Source: a virus
Taxonomy: Duplodnaviria > Caudoviricetes
Length of the DNA stretch: 64,000 bases
IMG/VR virus record: IMGVR_UViG_3300020050_005398
Location: 1 to 64,000 of that record
Direction: 5' to 3' (one strand)
The notes beneath the pieces were generated by a model. The model ran no database searches and was not told the DNA's origin. It saw nothing but the letters and a program-made list of their open reading frames with translations. Below, piece after piece: positions 8,214 through 18,461 of this stretch (the stretch's first letter is position 1; each line of letters opens with the position of its first letter). The position numbers and the translations under genes were made by a program.

Positions 8214-8633
8214 ATGGCATTGACCAACGTCCAAAAAGTAAGACTTGAGATTGGAGATACGGACGTAGCACTGCCAATTCTCTCAGACGATGAGTACTCG
8301 TACTTCTTGACCAAAAACAACGACAGTATTAAAAGGTCTGCATTAGATGCCGCTAAGACCGTCCTGTTCAAACTCTCGATTAACGCGAGTGATCAATCAG
8401 TTGACATCTTCAGTATCAATGGGAAGGCTGCTTCCGACTCATATAAAGAAGCCTTGAGGTTATATATCAGCAACCCTAACCTAAACGGACTCTTTGACAG
8501 TATCACCAGCTACTTCGGCGGTATCAGCAACGCAGATATTCAATCTGTAATTGATAACGCAGATAATAACCTAGTTACTTTACCGTCAGAACAAAGCAAG
8601 GAATATACATACGTTTCCGGCTTGAATATCTAA
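8214..8633 (+). CDS. Head-tail adaptor
   Basis: VRLEIGDTD...ILSDDEY.YFL motif and position. Confidence 0.7.
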   Translation: MALTNVQKVRLEIGDTDVALPILSDDEYSYFLTKNNDSIKRSALDAAKTVLFKLSINASDQSVDIFSINGKAASDSYKEALRLYISNPNLNGLFDSITSYFGGISNADIQSVIDNADNNLVTLPSEQSKEYTYVSGLNI

Positions 8634-8641
8634 GGATTGCT

Positions 8642-9001
8642 ATGTCAAATAGATTCTTAGATTCAACCAAGCGTCTTATCGCATTGCACGGTACGAGCTT
8701 AACGTACAAATCAATCGTTACAGGTACATACGATATTGAGACTGCTTCGGTAACTAATACTGAAACTTCATATACGTTGACAATGTACCCTAAGCATATT
8801 CGTGCTACTGCGTATAGCTTCCCGGATTACGTGGGTAAAGACGCTGTTATGTTTTACCTTGCTAATGATTCACTAGGGTTTACTCCTAGTGTACAAGATA
8901 CGATAAGTTATGAAGCTAGGACTTTTAAAGTAGAAGCGATTCAATCGCACTATGCTTCGGGTCAGATTGTAATGTATAAACTAATCGCTACTGCTTCTTG
9001 A
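8642..9001 (+). CDS. Head closure protein
   Basis: L...G..LTY.....G.YD..T pattern; second neck gene. Confidence 0.6.
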   Translation: MSNRFLDSTKRLIALHGTSLTYKSIVTGTYDIETASVTNTETSYTLTMYPKHIRATAYSFPDYVGKDAVMFYLANDSLGFTPSVQDTISYEARTFKVEAIQSHYASGQIVMYKLIATAS

Positions 9002-9010
9002 GGTTAAACC

Positions 9011-9490
9011 ATGCTTGTAGCTAAAGTAGATGCTGCTGTATCCAGCTTAGTTAATTTTGAAATAGAAATGAAACGTAAGTTAGAAGGTATGGTTGAAAGA
9101 TTCGCTGCTGACGTAGCTGAAAAAGCTATTGATAATACTCCAGAAGGTGACGATCAATTATTCGCTAGTTTGTATCAGCGTAGATACAGAGAAACTGGAC
9201 TAGAACCACAATCGGGATTTGCTAAAGGTTCTTGGAGATATTCTGATAAAGATGATCAGGTATTACAAGAATACTACAACGGTGATTGGGCACTTGGAGA
9301 TTTAATCTCAGATGCTGCTTCATATAAGCTAGGTCAAACCTTCTATATTACTAACGCTGGCCCTTACATTCAATTACTTGAAGGTGGCTTAGGTTCTAAG
9401 CAAGTTCCTAACGGTATCAAAGGCCCAACGCTAAATCAAGTCCAAGCAGTATATCGTGCTGATTTACCTAACTATTACAAAGCGAGTTAA
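9011..9490 (+). CDS. Tail completion / neck protein (HK97 gp10-like)
   Basis: NTP..D, KGSW, YITNAGPYI..LE.G. Confidence 0.65.
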   Translation: MLVAKVDAAVSSLVNFEIEMKRKLEGMVERFAADVAEKAIDNTPEGDDQLFASLYQRRYRETGLEPQSGFAKGSWRYSDKDDQVLQEYYNGDWALGDLISDAASYKLGQTFYITNAGPYIQLLEGGLGSKQVPNGIKGPTLNQVQAVYRADLPNYYKAS

Positions 9491-9492
9491 AT

Positions 9493-9903
9493 ATGTCCGT
9501 TATTACAGACATTGAAAAAGCAGCTAACCGTCAGCTAGCGACAATTGCTCCTTCGGTATCTACTGCGTATGAAGGTGTTAAGTTCAACCCACCAGACAAC
9601 GCGATGTACCAGCGAGTTCAATACTCGATTCAATCTCCAGAAGACCCTACGTTCGGTACAGGTTATCACCGTGAGTTAGTGCAGATGCAAGTATTCGTTG
9701 TAGATGTTCTTGGTAAAGGTACTGCTGCTGGTTTAGCTCGTGCTGAACTGATTAGAGATAAATTCAAAAAAGGTACTACCATAACAGAAGGTACTATCAG
9801 AATTCACGTACTAAGTACACCGCAGATTAGCGGTTCGATAATTGCTAGTGACAGATTAGTTATACCTGTGCTAGTCAATCTAACTGCTGAAGTAGTTAGC
9901 TAA
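9493..9903 (+). CDS. Tail terminator protein
   Basis: AYEGVKFNPP, E...QVFV....GKG..A...RAE.IR..FK.G. Confidence 0.7.
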   Translation: MSVITDIEKAANRQLATIAPSVSTAYEGVKFNPPDNAMYQRVQYSIQSPEDPTFGTGYHRELVQMQVFVVDVLGKGTAAGLARAELIRDKFKKGTTITEGTIRIHVLSTPQISGSIIASDRLVIPVLVNLTAEVVS

Positions 9904-9932
9904 AACTAAACTTAAAACAAAAAGGAAAAGAA

Positions 9933-11144
9933 ATGACAATCGCAAAAGGTGTAAATAAAGTAGTTGCCTATAAGAAAGAATCTACATTCGGTACTGCTGC
10001 TGGTAGTTCTGACGGTAAGCAACTTCGTCGTGTTACTGCTGACTTTAACTTGAGTAAAGAATTCTACGAATCAAACGAGATTAATACCTACCGTCAAGTA
10101 GTGGATGCTCGTCACGGTGCTCGTAGCGTAGACGGTTCGTTGAATGGTGAACTTTCTCCCGGTTCATACGCAGATTTTATTGCCGCTGCTGTATCTAAGG
10201 ACTTCACTGCTGTTACTGCTATTACAGGTCTTGGTGTAACCATCGCTGCTGTATCTGGTAATGTCTATACTGTTACTCGTGCTTCTGGTTCGTTCTTGAC
10301 TGATGGTGTTACCGTAGGTAATATCGTGCGTTTGACTGGCGCTGGTTTGAACGCCGCTAACGTAGGTAACAACTTGCTTGTTATTAGCATGTCTGCTCTG
10401 GTGCTTACCGTGGAATTGCTTAGTTCTACCTTGCTTGTAGCTGAAGGCCCAATCGCTAGTGTAACCGCTACTGTAACAGGTAAAGTAACCAAGGCTCCTT
10501 TGTCTGCTCATACTGATGATTCCTTTACTATTGAAGAATGGTACTCTGGTATTGCTCAGTCCGAAGTATACACCGGATTTAAGATTGGTTCAATGAACGT
10601 ATCAATCCCTGCTTCTGGTATGGTTACTTGTGACTTCGGTGGTATGGGTAAAGACTTGTCAATCAAAGGTACTAGCCAATATTTCAGTTCTCCTGCTGCT
10701 ACTGGTACTACCGGAATCTTTGCTGCTGTTAATGGCGCATTGATTGCTAACGGTTCTCCCGTTGCTCTGGTTACTTCTGCTGATTTTAGCATTGACCGTG
10801 GTCTTGCTGGTGCAGTAGTTGTTGGTAGTAATAGCCAAGCAGATATTTTCGCAGATATGATTCGTGTGTCTGGTTCAATCAGCGTGTACTTCACAGATAC
10901 AACCTTCCGTGATTACTTTGATAATGAAACTGAAGTATCGCTGGTGATCGCGCTGTGTACTTCCGATGCTAAGAACGCTGACGCAATGTCCATCGTTATT
11001 CCAGCAGTTAAATTCAGCGGATTTACCAAAGCAGATGCTGCTAGCGCAATCGTTGCTACTATGCCTTTCAGTGCTTTGCTGAATAGCGTAACTACTGCCG
11101 GTTTGCCTGAGACTACTATTCAGATTCAAGATACTACGCTGTAA
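9933..11144 (+). CDS. Tail tube (major tail) protein
   Basis: KKESTFG, LRRV...F.L.K....S.EI, R.G.RSV.G...GELS; 403 aa; no sheath gene seen. Confidence 0.85.
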   Translation: MTIAKGVNKVVAYKKESTFGTAAGSSDGKQLRRVTADFNLSKEFYESNEINTYRQVVDARHGARSVDGSLNGELSPGSYADFIAAAVSKDFTAVTAITGLGVTIAAVSGNVYTVTRASGSFLTDGVTVGNIVRLTGAGLNAANVGNNLLVISMSALVLTVELLSSTLLVAEGPIASVTATVTGKVTKAPLSAHTDDSFTIEEWYSGIAQSEVYTGFKIGSMNVSIPASGMVTCDFGGMGKDLSIKGTSQYFSSPAATGTTGIFAAVNGALIANGSPVALVTSADFSIDRGLAGAVVVGSNSQADIFADMIRVSGSISVYFTDTTFRDYFDNETEVSLVIALCTSDAKNADAMSIVIPAVKFSGFTKADAASAIVATMPFSALLNSVTTAGLPETTIQIQDTTL

Positions 11145-11182
11145 TCACCCCGATTGCTGTAATCTAAGCTGATACAAACATT

Positions 11183-11219
11183 AACCCCATTGGATAAAAC
11201 CTTTGGGGTTTTTGCTTTT
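11183..11219 (+). terminator. Rho-independent terminator
   Basis: AACCCCA/TGGGGTT stem plus U-tract. Confidence 0.7.
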
Positions 11220-11238
11220 GTGTTATAACAAGATTTAC

Positions 11239-11267
11239 TTGAATTGTATAACTTGCGGTGCTATAAT
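11239..11267 (+). promoter_or_regulatory. Promoter TTGAAT-17-TATAAT with extended -10
   Basis: TGcTATAAT; precedes the tail chaperone gene. Confidence 0.7.
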
Positions 11268-11325
11268 TGCGCTATGTAAGTAATGTGCTTACTAATTTGA
11301 TTAATTTAATAAAAGGAGTTTATAT

Positions 11326-11727
11326 ATGGGTTTTGATTTTGGTAAGAATAACGTAGGTAAAGTTGCTGAAGCTGGTTATGAGTTTGAATTGATTTATCCG
11401 ATTACAGGTGAAGGTACTGATGCTTTCATTACTGTCCGTGGTGAAGCATCCAAGACTGTGCAAGCATATAACCGCGCTCAATTCAACCGTGAACAACAGA
11501 AAGCCAAGTCCGGGCGTAACGCTGACAAGGTTGTACCAATCGAAGAATACTACGAGAAAGCTATTGAGAAAGCTGTAGTTAAGACTATTGGTTGGAAAGG
11601 TATTGTTGTGGATGGTGAAGAACTTGCATTTACCGAATCTAACGCTAAGAAATTCTACGCAGAAAATGATTGGGTTCGTGAGGCTGTAGACCGGGAGTCT
11701 GCTGAAATCACCAACTTTCGTAGCTGA
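11326..11727 (+). CDS. Tail assembly chaperone (G-like)
   Basis: Between tail tube and tape measure; WKGI..DGEEL.FT..NA..FY....WVRE.V...S....NF. Confidence 0.8.
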   Translation: MGFDFGKNNVGKVAEAGYEFELIYPITGEGTDAFITVRGEASKTVQAYNRAQFNREQQKAKSGRNADKVVPIEEYYEKAIEKAVVKTIGWKGIVVDGEELAFTESNAKKFYAENDWVREAVDRESAEITNFRS

Positions 11728-12124
11728 AGAATTAGAACAGGCTAGAGCCTATTGCAAGCAGCAGTTCCAACTAGCTGAATTACAATCTGACGGTAACTCG
11801 CTTAGACAGCATTTGATCAATGCTTCTAAATCATTAGGTTTTACTCCAAAAGAACTAGAACCTTTACCGTTTCCAGAAGTATTCAGATATTGTTGGAATT
11901 GGTTTCTTGCATTAAACAACGCTAGACCTTCTAGTGGATTTGGAGCAAGTCCATTACTTTACTCAGAAATACAAGCGTACTTTGCATTGCAATCTATTGA
12001 ACCTGAATCTTGGGAAGTAGATGTAATTAAAATGTTTGATCAAATATCCTTGAATATATTCAGAGAACAGCAAGAAAAGAAACAACAAGAAGACGCAAGA
12101 AAAGCTAAGAATAATAATAAGTAA
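11717..12124 (+). CDS. Tail chaperone T-like extension, probably made by +1 (or -2) frameshift from 11326..11727
   Basis: Frame open from ~11690 without a usable start; DG.SLRQHL, FP....Y.W.WF..L...R..GFG..PL.YSEI.AY. Confidence 0.7.
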   Translation, partial: FVAEELEQARAYCKQQFQLAELQSDGNSLRQHLINASKSLGFTPKELEPLPFPEVFRYCWNWFLALNNARPSSGFGASPLLYSEIQAYFALQSIEPESWEVDVIKMFDQISLNIFREQQEKKQQEDARKAKNNNK

Positions 12125-12176
12125 AATCTGAAAGCTAAATCGCTACACCAAATAGGTGTAGCTCTGAGTAAACTTA

Positions 12177-12200
12177 ATTCCCTCTTTTGAGGGATTTTCT
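12177..12200 (+). terminator. Hairpin TCCCTC/GAGGGA + TTTT before the tape measure gene
   Basis: A second hairpin GCTACACC/GGTGTAGC lies at 12142-12162. Confidence 0.45.
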
Positions 12201-12262
12201 TTATGCGTACTTGACTAAGAGTATCCAGAAAGAAAACAATAATAATAACCGGAGAATAATAT

Positions 12263-15200
12263 ATGGCTCTTGAACTAGACAAGATTAGTTTTGCTGTAGA
12301 TACACAAGCATTGGAACAAGCTACTGCTAAAGTTCAGGAGCTTACCGCTGCGTTGGCTGCTATGGGTAAAATGCCTACTGTAACCGCTGGTGGTATTGCT
12401 GCTACTAACGGTAGTGGTGAATCCAAGGTTGAGAAGGGCGTTAAACGCACGAAGAAAACCGTAGAAGATTTGCAGAAAACGCTTGATCAAACTGCTAAAG
12501 ATATTGCAGATGGATTCAGCAAATCAGAAGCTGTTGTACTGCGTAATGCTCGTGCAATGAAAGCTACAGATGACCAAGTTAAACAGCTTAAAGAGTCACT
12601 GGTATCTCTGCGTAAAGACAGCGATAAACCTGTGGTTGCTCCTAGCGTTACCAAAGGTGTTGCTGATCTTGGTGATAAAGTTGACAAAGTAACATATACG
12701 CTTGAAAAGCAGAAAATTGCAATGGATGTACTTCGTGGTACAACCCTGCAATTAAGCGATGGTGAACTTTCGTTGCAACGTGTGTATACCAACGGTCAAG
12801 CCAACCGCATTGCTGCGTTGAAACTGCAAGGTGCTTCTACCGATCAAATGATGAAGTACACAACCAGCGTTAAGGACTTGAATAAAATTCTTGGTGTTAA
12901 TCCTTTTGATCAATCTGCTAGTGGTGTAGAGAAACTTACAAAGAATATTACGGAACTGAACAGTGTTAATGCTCTAATGCGGGAAGGGCTGGGATTGACT
13001 CGTCAGCAGGTTATTGCACTTGCTCGTGACATTGAATCTGAACGTCAGAAGTTTGCTAGTCTCGGTATGAGTACAGACGGTGCTGATTTTGCAGCTAGAA
13101 TCAACCAAATTAAGCAAGAGACTTCACTGAAGGCAAAGCAGTATAACACACTGATTGAAGATGCAAAGAACGCTGATAAAGTAGCAGTTGAACTTGCTAA
13201 TAACCAACGTAAGCAGCAAGAAGAAGCACAGAGACTTGCTACCGATATTGGTAGGCAGAAACATATTGACTTGAAGAATTCTATTGACGCTGAAATTAAG
13301 GGTGTTGAAGAACGCAGTAAAGAGTGGAAGAAATACTACGAAGATCAGGAAAAATCTGCTCAAATGCTTGAAAAGCAGCGTAGTCAAGCGGTATATCAAG
13401 AATTCAAACAGACTAACTCTACTGATTTACGAGCACAAGAAGATGCTGCAAATCGAGTAGCTAAGGCACAGGCGTTTCTTGATAAAGAATCTAGTCGTGC
13501 ATCAAATGCTCTTGCTGGATTGAAAGGTGAAATTCAGGGTGTTGATTCTGCTGTTGGTGTATCTACCGCAAACCGTCTTGATAAATATAGCAAAGAATTG
13601 AAACAAGCGGGAGTTGCTGCTGATGTTGCAGAAGAAAGACTTCGTAATTACTCCAAGACCCTGATTGAAGTTGATCGTTTAAATAAAGAGAAGGGTAAAA
13701 AAGAACAACTTGATAGGTTGGATTATGCTGCCCGTGCTACTTCTGTTCAGTTGGGTGACATTGGTATTTCTCTTGCTGGTGGGCAGAACCCCCTGCTCGT
13801 TATGATTCAACAGGGTGATCAGCTTCGCGGTGTACTTACTCAAGCGGCACTCAGCGGCGACGAACTCAAACAAGTTATGTCACAAGCATCTTTGCAAATT
13901 GTACAAGGTTTCATAGATGTTGGTACGGCTGCTAACTCTTTTATTGTAGGTGCGTTTGAAGATACAGGTGATGCCCTTGTTGATTTTGTTTCAAAGGCAT
14001 CTGGTGTAGATTTTATAACAGATAAACTCCTTGAAAAATTTCCAGCACTAAACGGAATGATTGGTAGCATGAGTAAGGGTGTCCGTATTCTTGCTGGTAT
14101 TGGTATTGTATCCAGTATAGCAACTATAGTTGCACTTGGTGTTGCACTGACAGATGTTATAAAACAAGAGTCTGCTCTGTCAAAGGCTGTTGCTGAAAGT
14201 GGTGTAAGTATGGGCCTATCAAAACAAGCTGCGCTTGATTATGCCTTATCGCTTAGTGAAGTTAATGGGTCTGTTACAAAGACCGTAGACGTTCTTACAC
14301 TCATGGCATCAGAAGGTGTATTTGTAAAAGAGTCTATTGATGACATTACAAAATCTGCTATTGATATGGATAAATATTTAGGTGTATCTATAGACAAAAC
14401 TGTTTCAAAATACGCAGACATGGTTAAAGGCCCATCTGATGCTTTGTCTGAAATTGCTCATAAAACAGGGTTAGTTTCAGTTGAAACCTTGCAACTAGTA
14501 TCTGACCTTGAAGAAGAAGGTAAAACTAGAGAAGCTGCTATAAAAGCTATTGAAGTCTATAGCGAAGTAACCAAAGCTCAGGCTGAAATTGCTAGACTCA
14601 GCTTATCTCCTGTTGAAAAACTTTGGTTGAATATCAAGACTGCTGTTTCTGGCGTTTGGGATGAATTTACCAAACTTACTAGAACAGGCCCAATCATTAG
14701 TGGACTTACTATTGGTTTCGCAATGTTCGCTGCTGTGGTAGATTCTGCATGGTCTTTTGTAAAATTGCTTGCTAAAGCTATTGGTGGATTTTTCCATATA
14801 CTGACAACAGAAGAATCTGGTATTTCTGGTATGTACAACGCTTTCAAACGAGTTAAGGATGACATTCTAGGGGATGTTGAGGGACTTGGTGCGAGAACTA
14901 AACTTCGGTTCTCTACAGAAGACACTGACGGTTTGCGTTCTGGACTCCAGCAAGTAACTGAAGAAATGAAACTACAAGCAGATGTTAATGGCAAACTTGC
15001 AAGTTTTCGTAAAGATCAGGATAGATATGCAGATAATCAAGTAAAACGTGAGAAAGAAATTATTGCTTACCAGAATAAATACTCTGGTTTATTAAAAAAT
15101 AATCTTATCACGCAAGCAGAATACGACAAGGGTCTTGAACTGATTAATAAGAAGTACAAAGATTCTCCTGTTGCCCGTAGCGCAGAAGAAAAGTTCACAG

Positions 15201-17476
15201 ATAAGTCTATCCGTTTATTCACCCGTGATGCTGCTGAAGCTGAAGGTAAAATGAACGACCTGACTAAATCTCAAGTTGATTTACTCAAGGTTGTTGCTTC
15301 ACCTGAATGGGCTAAAGCTGATCATAAGAAAATCATTGACGCTTACCAGATTGCACTAGCTATTGACCTTGAGAATCAAAAGACAGAAAAGCAATTGGTG
15401 CTTTATAAACAAATGATTGAAGCTGAGAAAGACTACGTTGATTTGTTAGCCAAGCGTCATGCTGAGAATAAAGCAGCATTGATTACTGGTATGAAGCAGA
15501 TTGATGATGCTGTTGAACTTCAGAATGACCTTGAGTTTCAAATGAAGATTATCGGTATGACTGCTGATGAACAGAAGCGGTTGACTGCTGAACGTAAAGC
15601 CTACGTTGAATTACAGAAAGAACTTGCTGATATTGAAAAGAAAGGTGAAGGTGTAGATAAGAATACTCTGCGTGCTTATGCTAATACAGCATATAACCAG
15701 AAGTTACAGAATATCAATACTCAATCCGGACTTGATAAGCTGATTGAAGCAGATAAACTTCAGCAGTCTATTGCAGATGCTTTAGTTACAGGACTTACCG
15801 AAGGTGGTAAATCAGGTGCTGCTAAACTGCGTAGTATCTTGCAAGCAGAACTGATGAAACCAATTACTGTTTTTATCAAGGCTCAACTGAACAGTCTTAC
15901 TTCAGGTGGAATCCCCGGAATGACTAATCAAATTGGTGCTGGTGGTACTTCTACTTTAGGTTCTATTGTTCAAGGTTTGAGCAGTGCAGGTATCGGTATG
16001 AGCCTACAAAAAGGTATCTCTGGTGGTTATAGCACAGGTGAAAGTAAACTTGTAGACACCATTACTGCTGCTGCAAGTGCTTACTTTGGGCCTATTGCTG
16101 GTGCTGCTGTTGGTGTATTTAACCGAGCATTCGGACGTAAGTTAACTGACTCTGGTGTGCAAGGTCAATACTCTGGTAATTCATTTGCTGGTAATAGCTA
16201 CTCGTTTAGCAAAGGTGGATTGTTCCGTAGTAACAAAACGTCTACTTCTGCGCTTGATCCTGCGATGCAACAAATGCTGAATACTACCTACCAAGGTATC
16301 GATAAGACGTTTACCTACTTTGCTGATAAGTTTGATACAACCGTAACATCCAGCGTAGATGCAATTAAGGTTAATCTCTTAGGTCTATCTGAAAGTGAAG
16401 CTCAAGCTAAACTCTCCGAAGCTATTGCAGGTTCTGTAAAGAAAACTCTTGATGCTATTAACTTACCTAAATGGGCAGAGAACGTAGTATCAGAACTTGG
16501 TGATAAGTTTAGTGTTGAAAGTATGCAGAACGCTCTTGCTGGTATTGTAGCAATGAAAGATGCACTGGATAACCTCGGTGCTGCTTCCGATGCTTTTGCT
16601 GGTATTACTTCCGATGCTACTTCAGAACTTATTGCTGAATTCGGGGGTATTCAAACTGCTACACAAAGCCTGAGCAGTTACTTCCAGAACTTCTATCCAG
16701 AAGAACAGCGAATTGAAATTGCTACTACTGCACTGAATAAGCAACTTGCTAAACTTGGTGTTGCAATTCCAGATTCTACTGCTGCGTATAAAGCATTGGT
16801 TGACGATGCGTTGATTGCTGGTAACGAAGAACTTGCTGCTAATTTGATTAGTCTGTCAGGTGCTTTCTATGAAATCAAAAATGCTGTTGAGGCTATGACT
16901 AGCAGTGTAATTGACGAAGCAGATAGATTGCGCGGTGAAATCGTTGGTAGTAATTCAGCTTCAACCGTAGGTAAAACTGCAATGCTTGCTGAGTTTGGAA
17001 TGATGACTCAACTTGCTCGTGCTGGTGATAAATCAGCTATTGAAAAGCTACCTGAGTTGTCAAAGCAGATTGAAGAAACTGTTAAGAATCAAGCTGTATC
17101 GCAGGTTGAAGTAACGAAGATTCAATCTTACTTGAGCAACAGCTTGTACGCTACTTCACAACAGCTTGGTGCTGCATTACCCGCATATGTATCTGCGATT
17201 AACAGCAATCAGACCTCAGTCTCTAACTTGAGTTCTAACAGTTCTGTGTTGTCTCCAGTGATTCAACCTGCTGGTAATACGGCGAGTTCTACTGCTGCTT
17301 CAAGTCAAGCTACTAACGCTGCTAGGGTTGAAATGCTGCTTACTTCACTGGTTGACAATATCAGCGGTTTGCGGGATGAGATTCGTGCAGATGTTTCGCA
17401 TAATGCTAAGACTGCAAAGATACTTGATAGAGCAATGCAGGACGGTCAATCGTTGACTGTTACTGTCCTAGCATAA
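12263..17476 (+). CDS. Tape measure protein
   Basis: 1737 aa, helical and Ala-rich; lambda-type motif QLGDIGISLAGGQNPLLVMIQQGDQL. Confidence 0.92.
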   Translation: MALELDKISFAVDTQALEQATAKVQELTAALAAMGKMPTVTAGGIAATNGSGESKVEKGVKRTKKTVEDLQKTLDQTAKDIADGFSKSEAVVLRNARAMKATDDQVKQLKESLVSLRKDSDKPVVAPSVTKGVADLGDKVDKVTYTLEKQKIAMDVLRGTTLQLSDGELSLQRVYTNGQANRIAALKLQGASTDQMMKYTTSVKDLNKILGVNPFDQSASGVEKLTKNITELNSVNALMREGLGLTRQQVIALARDIESERQKFASLGMSTDGADFAARINQIKQETSLKAKQYNTLIEDAKNADKVAVELANNQRKQQEEAQRLATDIGRQKHIDLKNSIDAEIKGVEERSKEWKKYYEDQEKSAQMLEKQRSQAVYQEFKQTNSTDLRAQEDAANRVAKAQAFLDKESSRASNALAGLKGEIQGVDSAVGVSTANRLDKYSKELKQAGVAADVAEERLRNYSKTLIEVDRLNKEKGKKEQLDRLDYAARATSVQLGDIGISLAGGQNPLLVMIQQGDQLRGVLTQAALSGDELKQVMSQASLQIVQGFIDVGTAANSFIVGAFEDTGDALVDFVSKASGVDFITDKLLEKFPALNGMIGSMSKGVRILAGIGIVSSIATIVALGVALTDVIKQESALSKAVAESGVSMGLSKQAALDYALSLSEVNGSVTKTVDVLTLMASEGVFVKESIDDITKSAIDMDKYLGVSIDKTVSKYADMVKGPSDALSEIAHKTGLVSVETLQLVSDLEEEGKTREAAIKAIEVYSEVTKAQAEIARLSLSPVEKLWLNIKTAVSGVWDEFTKLTRTGPIISGLTIGFAMFAAVVDSAWSFVKLLAKAIGGFFHILTTEESGISGMYNAFKRVKDDILGDVEGLGARTKLRFSTEDTDGLRSGLQQVTEEMKLQADVNGKLASFRKDQDRYADNQVKREKEIIAYQNKYSGLLKNNLITQAEYDKGLELINKKYKDSPVARSAEEKFTDKSIRLFTRDAAEAEGKMNDLTKSQVDLLKVVASPEWAKADHKKIIDAYQIALAIDLENQKTEKQLVLYKQMIEAEKDYVDLLAKRHAENKAALITGMKQIDDAVELQNDLEFQMKIIGMTADEQKRLTAERKAYVELQKELADIEKKGEGVDKNTLRAYANTAYNQKLQNINTQSGLDKLIEADKLQQSIADALVTGLTEGGKSGAAKLRSILQAELMKPITVFIKAQLNSLTSGGIPGMTNQIGAGGTSTLGSIVQGLSSAGIGMSLQKGISGGYSTGESKLVDTITAAASAYFGPIAGAAVGVFNRAFGRKLTDSGVQGQYSGNSFAGNSYSFSKGGLFRSNKTSTSALDPAMQQMLNTTYQGIDKTFTYFADKFDTTVTSSVDAIKVNLLGLSESEAQAKLSEAIAGSVKKTLDAINLPKWAENVVSELGDKFSVESMQNALAGIVAMKDALDNLGAASDAFAGITSDATSELIAEFGGIQTATQSLSSYFQNFYPEEQRIEIATTALNKQLAKLGVAIPDSTAAYKALVDDALIAGNEELAANLISLSGAFYEIKNAVEAMTSSVIDEADRLRGEIVGSNSASTVGKTAMLAEFGMMTQLARAGDKSAIEKLPELSKQIEETVKNQAVSQVEVTKIQSYLSNSLYATSQQLGAALPAYVSAINSNQTSVSNLSSNSSVLSPVIQPAGNTASSTAASSQATNAARVEMLLTSLVDNISGLRDEIRADVSHNAKTAKILDRAMQDGQSLTVTVLA

Positions 17477-17513
17477 TACTTTGTATTTGCGATAGGTTAG
17501 CGTAATGAAGTAT

Positions 17514-17543
17514 GAGGGGTGGTTAATTCCACCCTTCTATTCT
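17514..17543 (+). terminator. Hairpin GAGGGGTGG/CCACCCTTC after the tape measure gene
   Basis: 9-bp stem, weak U-tract. Confidence 0.45.
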
Positions 17544-17553
17544 AAGGGATAAT

Positions 17554-18441
17554 ATGAAAGTAATAAAACAGACTAGAGTCTATGAATCAATGATATTCAG
17601 TACGAATGTACCTGAAACAGAAGCTGCTTGGAGTTCCAGTACAACATATGCTATCGGAGATATTGTATACGAAACTACGCTTGGTAGGTATCAATCTTTG
17701 GTTAACGGTAATCACAATCACCAACCTAGTATCAGTCCTACTAAGTGGGTTCGTATTGGGCCTACAAATTCAAGAGCAATGTTTGATCAGACTGTCAGTA
17801 CACAGAGCGTTAGTGCTTCTCCAATGTCTATTGTAGTAGAGACAGGTATTATGGATGCTATGGCGTTGATTAACATCGATTGCAGTAGCGTAAGACTTGT
17901 GGTTAAGAATGGATTGTTTGGTGCTACTGTTTACGATCAAACTGTAAGTATGATTGACGGTGTAGTAGATTGGTATGACTATTTCTTTACTCCAATTGAG
18001 CAACAGAATCAAGTAATCTTCAGGGATATTCCACCGTATAACGATGCCGTAGCTTTCCTTACTTTCAGTGGTTCGGGTACTATTAAAGTAGGTGAAGTTA
18101 TATTTGGTACATTACAAGTAATTGGTGGTACACAATACGGCGCATCTTCTGGAATCATTGACTATTCAAAGAAGAATACTGATGAGTTTGGTGCTACTGT
18201 TTTAGTTCAAGGTAATTACTCAAAGAGAATTAATGCTTCAGTTTATGTGCTGAATACTAACTTGAATAAAGTACAGAAGTTTCTATATTCAATCAGAGCA
18301 ACCCCTTGTGTGTTCATTGCTACTGATGTTAGTGACTTTTCAGAAGCACTGATTGTGTACGGATTCTACAAGGATTTTAACACTGAGATTCCATACCCTA
18401 CACATTCTATTTGCAATATCGAAATTGAAGGTTTGATTTAA
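17554..18441 (+). CDS. Distal tail-like protein with an N-terminal carbohydrate-binding-type repeat
   Basis: AAWSSSTTYAIGD.V...W..IGPTN..AMFD; GIIDYSKK.TD.FG; follows the tape measure gene. Confidence 0.6.
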   Translation: MKVIKQTRVYESMIFSTNVPETEAAWSSSTTYAIGDIVYETTLGRYQSLVNGNHNHQPSISPTKWVRIGPTNSRAMFDQTVSTQSVSASPMSIVVETGIMDAMALINIDCSSVRLVVKNGLFGATVYDQTVSMIDGVVDWYDYFFTPIEQQNQVIFRDIPPYNDAVAFLTFSGSGTIKVGEVIFGTLQVIGGTQYGASSGIIDYSKKNTDEFGATVLVQGNYSKRINASVYVLNTNLNKVQKFLYSIRATPCVFIATDVSDFSEALIVYGFYKDFNTEIPYPTHSICNIEIEGLI

Positions 18442-18461
18442 TAACATAATAAGGAGATGAT

